From Candidatus Bathyarchaeota archaeon (GTDB lineage Archaea > Thermoproteota > Bathyarchaeia > 40CM-2-53-6), in NCBI GenBank assembly GCA_963833125.1, contig CAWHWX010000019.1, positions 168,164-232,163 on the forward strand: DNA of 64,000 bases. Reading direction: 5' to 3'. The position numbers were made by a program, and so were the translations under genes. Within the stretch, counting starts at the first letter, position 1. Each line of letters starts with the position of its first letter. Below, one piece after another: positions 38,172 to 48,310 of the stretch. The notes beneath the pieces were generated by a model, which did no database searches, had not been told where the DNA came from, and worked only from the letters and a program-made list of their open reading frames with translations.

Positions 38172-39105
38172 TTGCTTGCTGGTAGAGGCTTCTTATCCGT
38201 AAGCGACCTATCCCGCGCCGAAATTCAATCATTGATGGACTTGGCTGTCAGGCTAAAGTCGGACTCGAAGCAAGGACCAGTAGAACATCGCTTATCAGGG
38301 AAGGTAATCGGTCTACTATTCGAGAAACCATCTACCAGAACCCGTGCGAGCTTCGAAACGGCAGTATACCAGCTTGGTGGCCAAGCTATGTACCTCAGGG
38401 CTGATGAGCTACAGCTTGCTCGCGGCGAACCCCTAAAGGACACGGCAAGGATTCTTGGCGCATACCTCAGCGCGATCGTAATCAGGACATATGCTCATCA
38501 GAATCTGATCGAATTTGCTGAGTACGCCCCCGTCCCCATCATCAACGCCCTTAGCGACCTAGAACATCCTACCCAGATTATTGCAGACATGCTTACGATA
38601 CTCGAGGCCAAAGGAGTTCTTCAAGGCGTAAATTTCGTCTGGATTGGTGATGGAAACAATGTGTGCAATTCCTGGTTACTTGGAGCGGCGATCACCGGAA
38701 TGAACATGGTCGTCTCATGCCCAAAAGGCTACGAGCCGAACAACGGGATTCTTGAGAAAGCTAAACGTCTCGCGAAAGATTCTGGTGGGAGCATAAGACT
38801 AGTCTCCAATCCACTCAAAGCGGTTGAAGACGCCGATATACTCTACACGGATGTTTGGGTCAGCATGGGCCAAGATAAGGAGGCAAAGAAAAAAGAGCGA
38901 GTGTTTAAGCCATATCAAATTAATTCGAAGCTGGTCTCGAAAGCCAAACCGAACGTCGCAGTCATGCATTGTTTGCCCGCCCACCGCAGGCTTAGAAATA
39001 ACTGACGAAGTACTCGAGGGACCCAAGAGCATTGTCTGGAAGCAGGCGGAAAACAAACTTCACGGAGCACGGGCCGTGCTAGCCGCTTTCGTTAGTGGCG
39101 CCTAA
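38172..39105 (+). CDS. argF: Ornithine carbamoyltransferase, frameshift near 38985
   Basis: FEKPSTRTR, HPTQ, GDGNNV, TDVWVSMGQ, MHCLP, then EIT.EV...QAENK in the shifted frame. Confidence 0.95.
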
Positions 39106-39528
39106 CGGCTTTCCTTGCTCGAGGCTCTCAAGGTAGTCGCGCGCCTTACTTAGGGTGTCCTTCGCATTCTTGTACGTGAGCCGTTCGTACGCCCTTCCGA
39201 ACGACGTCCATTCAAATCCTACATGTTCTCGTGACAGCCTAACGGCGTCGGTTTTTGATTCTAAAAGATAGAAGATGACTTCCTTGAAGACGGTGTTCCC
39301 AGCCCGCCTGTAATAGTAACCGATTCGATGACGAAAGCCCTCGATAAATGATACTGCCGTAATCCCAACTTCCTCTTGGGTCTCCCGTAACACGGTTTCC
39401 TTCTCAGTCTCGCCTCGTTCGACATGGCCTTTGACGAAATCCCAGTGACCGCCTTCGTAATGCAGAAGCAAGTACTTCCTATCACTTCCCTTGAAGATTA
39501 CCGCTCCGCATGATTTCTCAGATGCCAT
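39079..39528 (-). CDS. Nudix hydrolase, bis(5'-nucleosyl)-tetraphosphatase-like
   Basis: SCGAVIF, WDFVKGHVERGET...LRETQEEVG Nudix box, LSREH. Confidence 0.88.
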   Translation of the reverse strand: MASEKSCGAVIFKGSDRKYLLLHYEGGHWDFVKGHVERGETEKETVLRETQEEVGITAVSFIEGFRHRIGYYYRRAGNTVFKEVIFYLLESKTDAVRLSREHVGFEWTSFGRAYERLTYKNAKDTLSKARDYLESLEQGKPLGATNESG

Positions 39529-39647
39529 GATGCCTACACTCGGTGTGACCTGCCAAACAGAGACGGCCTGCCTTAATCTCTTTGCTCTGCGCACGACAAT
39601 GTAACCATAGAATGTTGACGATCAGTTGCCGCCAAGCGTAGAATGTT

Positions 39648-39863
39648 CTACGCTTTCTTGGCTACTTGATCCGCTTTATCCTTAAGATCGGTCATCTTAT
39701 TCATGGTACCGTGCTGTTCGCAGAAGTAAATTAATTCTCGAGTATCCGTCGCCCCAGCCGAAAATTCTATTGCGCCTTCTCTCATGCTTGACATTTTCTT
39801 GCCGCAAAGGGGGCATTTCAAAACATAAACCGACCTTATACGCTCGTAACTTTCCGTTACCAA
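39648..39863 (-). CDS. Small zinc-ribbon protein
   Basis: CPLCG...FCEQHG. Confidence 0.65.
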   Translation of the reverse strand: MVTESYERIRSVYVLKCPLCGKKMSSMREGAIEFSAGATDTRELIYFCEQHGTMNKMTDLKDKADQVAKKA

Positions 39864-39971
39864 ATATCCTTCTTCAAACTATTAAGAACTCTTCAGGTAT
39901 TCGATCGACCAAACCCGCCGAACCTCCCATGGACTGCCTCCACTGCATTCCTAGTTTCAAGGTGAGCAGGC

Positions 39972-40823
39972 CTAGGCGTACTCGTCGAGTGTTCCGGCGG
40001 GCGGTAGCCCAGCCATTTCCCTTTCAATGTGGCGCTCTACTCGTTTCATTGTTTTTAGCTGGGTAGGATTCGCAATTCCAAGCATCTGCATGGTTTGAAG
40101 GCAGTTTTCGGGAGCATACCCATGGAAATGGTTGTTGAATATGCCGAAAGTCTTCTTCGTATTCTCTTGTACCTCTCGGATTTTCGGGATCCATTCTTGA
40201 AGCTGGCGTTGGGTGTATTGGTAATCATACCATGGCCTTTCGCCATGCCCATGCCACCTTATGTAACCAATATCAGAGGTAACGTGGATTTCGGGTGGCA
40301 GAAGAGGCTCATCTACAATACAATACGCAGCCTGATATTTCGCAAGAATGCGCCAACTAGCCTCATCCATCCATGATTTATTACGAAACTCCACAACGTA
40401 ATTGTATCGATGAGGCAGCGAAGCCAAGAAGCTTTCCAGGAGCTGGTCGTTTCTCTTGAGCGAGGGAGGTAATTGTACAAGGAAACACCCCAGCCGGTCT
40501 TGAGTAAGAAGAGGGTCGAACAATTGCACGAAATCCTCCAGTTCCGAAACGCTGGTTTCGTCAAGCTTCAGGGCTAGATCATGGGTGAACTTTTGGTTAA
40601 TTTTGGCACTAAACATGAACCCCCTCTTCGTAAATCTAGTAAAACCTAAGATTGTGCCTTCGTTCGGAGCCCTGTAGAACGAAGAATTCAACTCGACAGT
40701 ATCAAACACTGAGGCATACTGTTGAAGCATGTTTTTCTCGTGATCATACAGTGGTCCAACCCATTCCTTATACGACCAGCCGGCGCAGCCAAAATACAGC
40801 CGGGCCGGTAGTTTTGATGCCAT
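39972..40823 (-). CDS. DUF72 family TIM-barrel protein
   Basis: GCAGWSY.EW.G.LY, VELNSSFY, LVQLPPS, VEFRN.SW, YIRWHG, FNNHF.G.A. Confidence 0.9.
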   Translation of the reverse strand: MASKLPARLYFGCAGWSYKEWVGPLYDHEKNMLQQYASVFDTVELNSSFYRAPNEGTILGFTRFTKRGFMFSAKINQKFTHDLALKLDETSVSELEDFVQLFDPLLTQDRLGCFLVQLPPSLKRNDQLLESFLASLPHRYNYVVEFRNKSWMDEASWRILAKYQAAYCIVDEPLLPPEIHVTSDIGYIRWHGHGERPWYDYQYTQRQLQEWIPKIREVQENTKKTFGIFNNHFHGYAPENCLQTMQMLGIANPTQLKTMKRVERHIEREMAGLPPAGTLDEYA

Positions 40824-41018
40824 TCCAATCTCGCCGTTGAAGTCGATGATTCTCAGGAAGTGGGTGAGCCCATTTATTTCACGATTACGGGGGATTCTGT
40901 TCCACCGGATAAACGCAATAGCGAAGCCCTGCGTGAGGGCGCAAACTGCTAATACGTGTAGTTTCATTCATGCCCTTGTCTTTGCCCCTACCGGGTTAGG
41001 TAGTGGAGTTGCTCGTAG

Positions 41019-42786
41019 TTGAAGTTCATTGAGCTCGCGAACACGTTTGAAAAAATCGACGCTACCACAAAACGGTTAGAGATGACCAGTCTCCTCGTTG
41101 AACTAATCAAAGAAACTCCGAAGGAGGAGTTAAGCAAGGTAGTATACCTCCTCCAGGGTAAGCTGTATCCAGACTATGAGGGCGTAGAGCTAGGTCTCGC
41201 CGAAAAACTCCTCATGAAATCGGTCGCTCAGGTAACAGGGCGAACCGAGAAAGCAATCGAGGCGGACTTCAAGAAAACTGGCGATCTTGGAAGCACGATC
41301 GAAAAGCTCGTCCAGAAAAGGTCGCAAACTACCCTGGCCAAACGACCACTAACAGTAGAACTCGTCTACGGAACCTTCGATAAGATCGCGCACGCGGAGG
41401 ATCCGGCTCTGTTGAAATGAAAGTCCGCCTCTTGACCAGCCTTCTGAACGAGGCTAAACCTACAGAGGCCAAGTACATCGCACGAATGGCTGTTGGCAAG
41501 CTGCGGTTGGGCGTCGCAGACATGACTGTCCTTGACGCTCTAGCGGTAGCCTATGGAGGAGACAAGACCGCGAGGGAACCTCTTGAGAGAGCATACAACC
41601 TTTCATCAGACCTGGGTTACGTGGCGGAGGTGCTGGCAAGGGAGGGCCTAGGGGGAGTTGCAAAGTTCAAGATCAGCGTCGGGCGACCGATTAGGCCGAT
41701 GTTGTGCGAGCGCCTGCCTGACGCACCGAGTATACTCGGGAAACTCGGAGGGGAGGGGGCTGCTGAGTACAAATATGATGGTCTTCGGATCCAAGCGCAC
41801 CTAAACGGCAAAGAATTTCATCTTTTCTCGAGGCGTCTCGAGAACATTACAGAGCAGTTTCCAGACGTAGCAGAGAACCTTCGTCAGAGTATCCGCGCCA
41901 AGGAGGCAATTGTCGAGGGCGAGTGCGTTGCCGCTGATCCCAATACGGGAGACCTTCTTCCATTCCAGGTGGTCTCCCAGCGGCACGGAAGGAAATATGA
42001 GATCACCAGGATGACTGGTGAAGTTCCGGTAAGTGCTTTCCTGTTCGACGTCCTCTACGCAGACGGCCGAGACCTCACGCAAATGCCTTACCTCGAGCGG
42101 CGCAAAGAGCTCGTCGAAGTTGCAAAGACTTCCGACAGGGTGTTCATCGCGCAACAAACAGTGGTCAAAGATGCTCAAAGATTGGAGCAACTAATGGACG
42201 AAGCCGTTGCCGCTGGGTGCGAAGGGCTCGTCGTGAAGAATACCTCACAGCAATCCGTCTATCAAGCAGGAGCAAGAGGCTATCTCTGGATAAAGTACAA
42301 ACGTTCCTACAAAGCCGCGGTACAAGATACGTTTGATTTAGTTCCCGTTGGGGCTTTCGCTGGAAGAGGTAAGCGGGCAGGCCGGTTCGGGGCACTACTG
42401 ATGGCAGTTTATGATTCGAAAGAGGAGGTTTTCGAAACGATTTGCAAATTGGGATCAGGGTTCACGGACGAAGACCTTGTCAATCTACCGAAAATAACTG
42501 AGGAGACCATATCAAATCATAGAAACCCACGCGTCAACTCGCTTATGGAGCCCGATGTCTGGTTCACACCATCGTTTGTGCTTGAGGTTGCAGCGGACGA
42601 AATTACTCTCTCACCACTTCACACATGCGCAGAGGCGCTATCAGACCCGAAAGCGGGCTGGCACTCAGGTTTCCAAGGTTCACCGGGAAGTGGAGGAAAG
42701 ACAAGCAAGCTGAAGATGCGACGACCACGGAGGAAGCGCTCGAAATGTACAAGAAACAGCTCAAGAAGATAGAAGTCGAAACCTAG
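41019..42786 (+). CDS. lig: ATP-dependent DNA ligase, two apparent frameshifts
   Basis: KYDGLR adenylation motif, EGE, FDVLY, EGLVVK, WIKYK; C-terminal [13 protein letters not shown] in the shifted frame ending TAG 42786. Confidence 0.95.
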
Positions 42787-43011
42787 TCCCGGCAGCGAAT
42801 CAAGCAAAACCTTTGGCGCGTGCTAAAGGTGTACAATACGTCTACGCTTTGGCGATTTCATCTTCCAGAATCCTGAAGCGTCCCTGTAATACTCTGCTGT
42901 CTCCAACCTATTAGTCCTCAAGAGTACTAATCAGTATTCATAGTATATATAAGCTTTCGTAATGCTCATTAGGCCTATGGCACCTCCTCAGGACTCTAAA
43001 AGGTCGCCACG

Positions 43012-43176
43012 TTGTCGCAAAACCTCGAGATCGTTAGATTACAGGGATTCAGAGCTCAGTTCAGGATAACCATTCCACGTGAAATGGTCGAGAAGTTGAA
43101 GTGGCAGAAAGGCCAACCACTATTCATCTCCCTAGAAGGAACGAAGATTATTGTCGAGCCTGTAACCAAGCGTTGA
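43012..43176 (+). CDS. AbrB/MazE/SpoVT-family DNA-binding protein (54 aa)
   Basis: Own translation: MSQNLEIVRLQGFRAQFRITIPREMVEKLKWQKGQPLFISLEGTKIIVEPVTKR; ITIP...L.W..G..L pattern; below the ORF-track cutoff. Confidence 0.8.
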   Translation: MSQNLEIVRLQGFRAQFRITIPREMVEKLKWQKGQPLFISLEGTKIIVEPVTKR

Positions 43177-43276
43177 CTGAATGAAGAGACTGTTCTGGAA
43201 TACCTAGGTGGCGTTCCTACGGGATTCCTCAGAATATGTTATAGCTAGCTCGCAACATATTCTCCGTCCGACTCTT

Positions 43277-43711
43277 ATGTTCTCAAGGATTCTTGTCGCC
43301 GTCGACGGATCACCTTTTGCTCAGAAGGCTCTGAACTACGCGACCGATTTGACAAAAAAATACGGCTCTAAGTTGACCATTATTCATGTCGTCCTTCGTC
43401 GATTTTATGCTGTCACTCCATCTGAAGCCGGGGTGTTAGCTACTACAGTGTTTGTGAAGGAGATGGAAGCAGAGGGTGAGGAGATAATCAAGAAAGCAGA
43501 GGATTACGTGAAGCAGCAAGGACTCAGCTGCGAACGCAAGATTGTTCAGGGCGTCCCAGCCGACGAGATTGTCAAGTGTGCCCAAGCCGAGGGTTCAGAT
43601 CTAATCATCGTCGGTAGCAGGGGGTTAACTGAGGTACGCGCTTTCCTGCTCGGTAGTGTTTCGGATAAAGTCTGCCACCATGCCAAATGTCCCACGCTTG
43701 TTGTCAAATAA
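43277..43711 (+). CDS. Universal stress protein (UspA family)
   Basis: FSRILVAVDGS, DLIIVGSRG, LLGSVSDKV.HHAKCPTLVVK. Confidence 0.93.
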   Translation: MFSRILVAVDGSPFAQKALNYATDLTKKYGSKLTIIHVVLRRFYAVTPSEAGVLATTVFVKEMEAEGEEIIKKAEDYVKQQGLSCERKIVQGVPADEIVKCAQAEGSDLIIVGSRGLTEVRAFLLGSVSDKVCHHAKCPTLVVK

Positions 43712-43819
43712 GTACGTCTAGAATCAAAGGTCGGTGTGGCTCACTAGGGCTGACGCTGTTTAGAACTGTTGCTAGGCATCGCTTCGCTTTCTGCGGCGAG
43801 AATGCCCGTGAAGAAGCGG

Positions 43820-44062
43820 TTATTGGCTGGGCGTTGATCCGCTTTGGGACTCGCTGGGTTGCGTCCATTCGGTGGTAGGTGTTGTTTCGGTTGTTGGTTG
43901 AGGTTCAGGCATGGGGGGAGGTGTAACTTCTGGTTCAGGCATTGGCGCTGGTGATACCCTAGGAGCGGGTTTAGTAGTTTTCTTTCTTGATTTCGTCTTT
44001 TTCTTGCCCGTTCGTTTCGCTTTCTTCTTAGCACCTTTCTTGGTTTTTCGTTTAGTGACCAA
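43820..44062 (-). CDS. Small Lys-rich / Pro-Thr-rich disordered protein
   Basis: 18 K/R in the first 31 residues, then PMPEP repeats and an acidic Thr-rich tail; TTG start with GGTG upstream. Confidence 0.6.
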   Translation of the reverse strand: MVTKRKTKKGAKKKAKRTGKKKTKSRKKTTKPAPRVSPAPMPEPEVTPPPMPEPQPTTETTPTTEWTQPSESQSGSTPSQ

Positions 44063-44278
44063 ACAATCGCACCGCCCTAATGTCGAAGCCGAACCGGTAA
44101 TAAAGCTTCCATGAAATTCAGTAGAAACCAACTATTCCAGTTGATCGAAAAACCGGGGTTGGGACTATGACGAGTGGAATGCCTCATGCGCCTCGGTCTG
44201 GATGCGACTACAATTGTACAAAAGATTTTGAACGGACAAATGACTATCAACAGGGTAGCTATAGAGTATTCCGCCGAA

Positions 44279-44465
44279 AGGTCAAGTCAACTTGTTGGTT
44301 GCTGCTGCAAACTGCTTCGTTTGGGGGGATCGGGGCGTAAAATGGGGCGAGGGGTATCTTCGTTTGGCACCGTTTGGCACCACCCCTCGAGGGGTGGAGC
44401 CACCCTACCTAATTCCGTACAAAAACAAGAGGAATCTCTTAACAACCGTTAACTGGACGTTACCC
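44279..44465. mobile_element. MITE-like non-autonomous element, copy 2 (inverted relative to copy 1)
   Basis: Reverse complement aligns end to end with 6234-6421; perfect 6-bp TSD GCCGAA (44273-44278 and 44466-44471); the left TIR has decayed (AGGTCAAGTCAACTTG). Confidence 0.85.
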
Positions 44466-44532
44466 GCCGAAACGTCCCTTGGTGGAAGGTTTATGCGCCG
44501 TTGAGATCTTTCCCGTGTTGAGATGTACCTTA

Positions 44533-45678
44533 TTGCGTTTTTCTACTAGATCAATCCACGCTGGGGACTGCCTTGAAGACGAGGTTGGCGCGGTTACGGT
44601 TCCGATCTATCAAGTGTCCACATTTCGTCAAAGGGAGCCTGGAGTCGAGGGCGAGTATGTGTATGCTAGAACCGGCAACCCAACACGCCATGCCCTGGAG
44701 CGTGCCCTGGCATCTCTTGAAGAGGGTGAACACGGGTTGGCTTTCGGTTCAGGAATGGCAGCGATTACTACCGTCGCCTTAAGCCTCCTCAAGGAGGGGG
44801 ATCATGTCGTTGCGGTTCAGGACCTTTACGGTGGCACACGGCGTCTGTTTGACCGTATAATGAAAAACTTCGGGGTTCAATTCACGTACGTAAAAGGATC
44901 CGAACCTGACGATTTCAAGATGGCAGTTAGGCCGGAGACCAAGATCGTGTGGGTAGAGACGCCCACAAACCCTTTACTGCAAATCATAGACCTCTCGATT
45001 GCTGCAAAATCGGCGCATGATCACAATGCCTTGCTTGTCGTCGACAACACGTTCATGAGTCCCTATCTTCAGCAGCCTCTCAAGCTTGGAGCAGATATTG
45101 TGCTTCACAGCACCACAAAGTATCTCGGCGGACACAGCGACCTAGTTGGCGGTGCAGTCGTACTATCAGATCCTTCACTTTACGAAAAGGTGCACTTTGC
45201 ACAGAACGCCGCAGGCGCTGTTCCCGGGCCATTCGATTGTTGGCTCGCGCTACGAGGCATCAAGACGCTTTCTGTGAGAATGGATCGGCACTGTGCCAAC
45301 GCCCAGAAGATAGCCGAATTTCTTGAGTCACATACGAAAGTTCGAAGCGTCATCTATCCTGGCCTATTATCGCATCAGCAGCACGCTCTAGCGCAGAAAC
45401 AGATGAGTGGGTTCGGTGGGATGATCAGTTTGCGATTGAAGGGAGATTTCGAGGCTTGCAAGAGGTTGCTGCGGCATGTGAAGGTTTTCACGGTCGCGGA
45501 AAGTTTAGGTGGAGTTGAATCGCTAATCGAACATCCCGCCTCAATGACTCACGCCTCAGTGCCGAAGGAAGAACGAGAAAGAATCGGAATAACCGACTCC
45601 CTAATCCGATTGTCGGTCGGGCTTGAAGATGTCGAAGATCTGATAACTGACTTATCCGAAGGGCTAGAACATGTTTGA
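44533..45678 (+). CDS. Cystathionine gamma-synthase/lyase (Cys/Met PLP enzyme)
   Basis: YARTGNPT, FGSGMAA, ETPTNP, DNTF, HSTTKYLGGHSD, AESLGGVESL. Confidence 0.93.
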   Translation: MRFSTRSIHAGDCLEDEVGAVTVPIYQVSTFRQREPGVEGEYVYARTGNPTRHALERALASLEEGEHGLAFGSGMAAITTVALSLLKEGDHVVAVQDLYGGTRRLFDRIMKNFGVQFTYVKGSEPDDFKMAVRPETKIVWVETPTNPLLQIIDLSIAAKSAHDHNALLVVDNTFMSPYLQQPLKLGADIVLHSTTKYLGGHSDLVGGAVVLSDPSLYEKVHFAQNAAGAVPGPFDCWLALRGIKTLSVRMDRHCANAQKIAEFLESHTKVRSVIYPGLLSHQQHALAQKQMSGFGGMISLRLKGDFEACKRLLRHVKVFTVAESLGGVESLIEHPASMTHASVPKEERERIGITDSLIRLSVGLEDVEDLITDLSEGLEHV

Positions 45679-45683
45679 AGTGA

Positions 45684-46034
45684 TTGATCATGACTGTTGA
45701 GCCCACTCCCGAAATCAGCTTCGATGAATTCAAGAAAATCGACGCAAGGGTCGGTACAGTAACCCAAGTAGACCGAGTCCCTAGAACTGAGAAGCTCTAC
45801 CGGATACTTGTGGATTTAGGGCCTTTAGGAATTCGACAGACGTTGTCAAGCCTCGTCGGATACTATGAACCTAATGAGCTGGTTGGGCGGCGTGTAGTCT
45901 TCCTTTACAACCTCAAACCGACAAGATTTTCTGGGGAAGTTTCCCAGGGCATGTTACTCGCTGCGGAGCACGAATCCAAACTCGCTCTCCTCACAACCGA
46001 CCGGGAGATTACCAACGGCGCACGAATTACGTGA
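45684..46034 (+). CDS. tRNA-binding OB-fold protein (MetRS C-terminal/Trbp111/CsaA-like)
   Basis: ISFDEFKKID.RVG, KL...VDLG, NLKP....GEVSQGMLL. Confidence 0.88.
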   Translation: MIMTVEPTPEISFDEFKKIDARVGTVTQVDRVPRTEKLYRILVDLGPLGIRQTLSSLVGYYEPNELVGRRVVFLYNLKPTRFSGEVSQGMLLAAEHESKLALLTTDREITNGARIT

Positions 46035-46164
46035 CTAAGTTCCCGAAAATCGAACTGGCCGGGTTGATGAGCCAGTTTTGGGAATGATGTTCAACCTTTA
46101 AATGGAATGACGCCCAATTTCACAGAATTCTGAATAGTTAGGTTGAACTCTGGAAGGTTTTTGA

Positions 46165-46545
46165 TTGCCGAGGAAAGGACCCACCGAACAAGACGTTCTA
46201 CGAATAGTCATGGAACTCGGCGACATGGGTATTCTCCAATCCGACCTCTGGAGAAAACTGACAGCCGACAGCCGCGAAGGGTCACGGGCAATCTTGCGAC
46301 TTGAAAAGAAGGGGCTTATCGCACGAAAGAAGGAACTCCATGATGGCCGTTGGACTTACAGGGTTTTCGCGAAAAGGCGTTACTCTACCATCGATTCCAT
46401 AGTTGACATTCCCTGTGCTTTTTGCGACTTGGTTGGAAATTGTCCTCAGGCGTGGATCATGAACCCGAACAAGTGCGAGAACCTCACCAAGTGGATGCAG
46501 GGCCTCGCGGAATCTGCCAAAGCGGTAGCCAAAAGTGCCGAGTGA
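46165..46545 (+). CDS. RPC34/TFE-beta-like winged-helix protein with C-terminal Fe-S motif
   Basis: GILQSDLWRKL..DSREGSR..LRLEKKGLI.R; IPCAFC..VGNC......P.KC..LTKW. Confidence 0.8.
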   Translation: MPRKGPTEQDVLRIVMELGDMGILQSDLWRKLTADSREGSRAILRLEKKGLIARKKELHDGRWTYRVFAKRRYSTIDSIVDIPCAFCDLVGNCPQAWIMNPNKCENLTKWMQGLAESAKAVAKSAE

Positions 46546-47155
46546 ATGGTTACGTCAACGTAAGAGGGACCAATTTCATCGCCTCGCGAGGGCAAGAGGG
46601 TTCCGTAGCAGAGCTTCATTCAAGCTACTGCAGATAAACAAACGATACAACTTCATCAAACCAGGGCAGTATGTTCTAGACTTTGGGGCCGCACCAGGTG
46701 GATGGTTACAGGCGGCTCGGCAGGAAGTGGGAAACTCGGGATTCGTCTTCGGAGTCGACATACAACCCATCACCGCCTTGCCATTTACGAATGTTCGGAC
46801 TATGATCGGCGACATAACCAAGCCTGAGATCATCGATGAAATCAGGAAAGACGCCGGTCCAAGCTTTGACGTGGTCCTGTCTGATCTAGCTCCAAATGTT
46901 TCGGGGGTTTGGGATATAGATCACGCAAGGCAAATTGAATTGGCAAGATGTGCGGTAAGGGTTGGGGGAATGCTGTTGCAAGTTTCGGGCAGTATGCTGG
47001 TCAAAGTGTTTCAGGGGTCGGAGGTGGTGGAGTTCCGAGATCACATGCGGTCTCTGTTCGATGAGTTTAGGATTGTAAAACCTCAAGCTAGTCGCGCGGA
47101 GAGTGCGGAGCTATACTTTCTAGGACTTGGATTCGTCGGTGAGAGTGCGAAATAG
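46535..47155 (+). CDS. rlmE: 23S rRNA Um2552 methyltransferase RlmE/FtsJ
   Basis: FRSRASFKL, DFGAAPGGW, SDLAPNVSG, KVFQG, KPQASRAESAELY. Confidence 0.95.
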   Translation: MPSEWLRQRKRDQFHRLARARGFRSRASFKLLQINKRYNFIKPGQYVLDFGAAPGGWLQAARQEVGNSGFVFGVDIQPITALPFTNVRTMIGDITKPEIIDEIRKDAGPSFDVVLSDLAPNVSGVWDIDHARQIELARCAVRVGGMLLQVSGSMLVKVFQGSEVVEFRDHMRSLFDEFRIVKPQASRAESAELYFLGLGFVGESAK

Positions 47156-48310
47156 GGAAGCTATTTGTGGGGCTGGGGCATCGGTGCGAAAACCGGTGGG
47201 ATTGAAGTGAGTTCTTGACGCCTTGTACCCGACCTGCCTGAGTGAGGAGAGGAGGGTGGAGATTGGAGGAGGTTTCGTGCGAAAAGCGGCGGCTGCAGTG
47301 TCTGTAGTGTAGTAGAATGGTGCCGCGGTCAAGTTCACCTTCTATGCTGGTGAGCGTTTTCTGGATTTCTGAAAGGCGCGTAGAAAGGAGGAGGGGTGTG
47401 TGTTGAATCATTCTGTCAACCGTCTCTCGGTCCCAAAGTGGGCCGAGCCAGAATGGGCCACCAGTTGAGGTCTGGGATCCGCAGTTCCGGCATTCTCCAT
47501 CAATTGAAGAGAGGAATGAGGTAGTGGTTCGGGTTAGACAGGTGGAGCAGTGAGTTACAAAGCCTAGGTTAAGTAGGGATGCGTTAGCCGCTTTTCTCCC
47601 CTTAGTGACGGTAGCGTAGAACCTTGCGTAGTGGTCGGTAGCGTGTGAGAATGCGAGGTTAATGCCAAGTTCCAGTTTGACCGCGGTGGTCGTGAGAGCG
47701 CTAGCCAGAGTCCTGAGAGCGATTTCCTTTCTCAAACTCTACCCTGATCGAGTCGACGCTGTATTTGCGTTTGCAGGCACGAGGTCGAGCTCCTGATAGA
47801 GGGCCCATGTCGGTTGCTGTGGCTGCCAAAACTCCACCGCTTTCGGTAGCTCGTAGAGCCGATTCGAAGAATGGGGACGGAGAACCGAAGGGGTCCAAGT
47901 CGATGAGGTCGAACCTCTCACGTGGATTCTTTGCTAACAGCGTGAATGCGTCGGCTTCGATGACGGATACCTTGCTTTCCACATTGTTCAAGAGAACAGT
48001 TTCCCGAGCTAGTTCCGCCGCTTCCGGTTGCCTGTCAGAAGCGAGGACGATCGCAACGTTGGATGTTTCCAATGTGTAACGTACGGCCCTAACGCCGGAA
48101 CCGGCCATGGGATCGCATAGGTGAAGCAATCTATCATGGGGGAAGTGTGAGATAGCAAATAGAATAGCGAAGTCGCAGGCCTAGGCTCATCTTGGGATTG
48201 TAGAATACATTGCTGGAACGGGAAGTGAATTGTACCCTCGCTTTTCCTTCAGTTACCACCTTAGGATGGTAGATGGGTGAGGGCGCAGGGGTTCTACCCG
48301 TTAGAGACAA
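47120..48310 (-). CDS. trm1: tRNA (guanine-26,N2,N2)-dimethyltransferase, about 3 apparent frameshifts
   Basis: VFYNPKM, DPMAGSGVRAVRY, IDLDPFGSP, TATD, GPFWLGPL, ASRTHF.PTGFRTDAP in successive frames. Confidence 0.92.

Noticed and set aside
46060-46135. TGATGA...CTGA upstream of the TFE-beta-like gene
   Set aside because: Contains the CTTTAAAT TATA element and lacks a terminal stem; better explained as a promoter.
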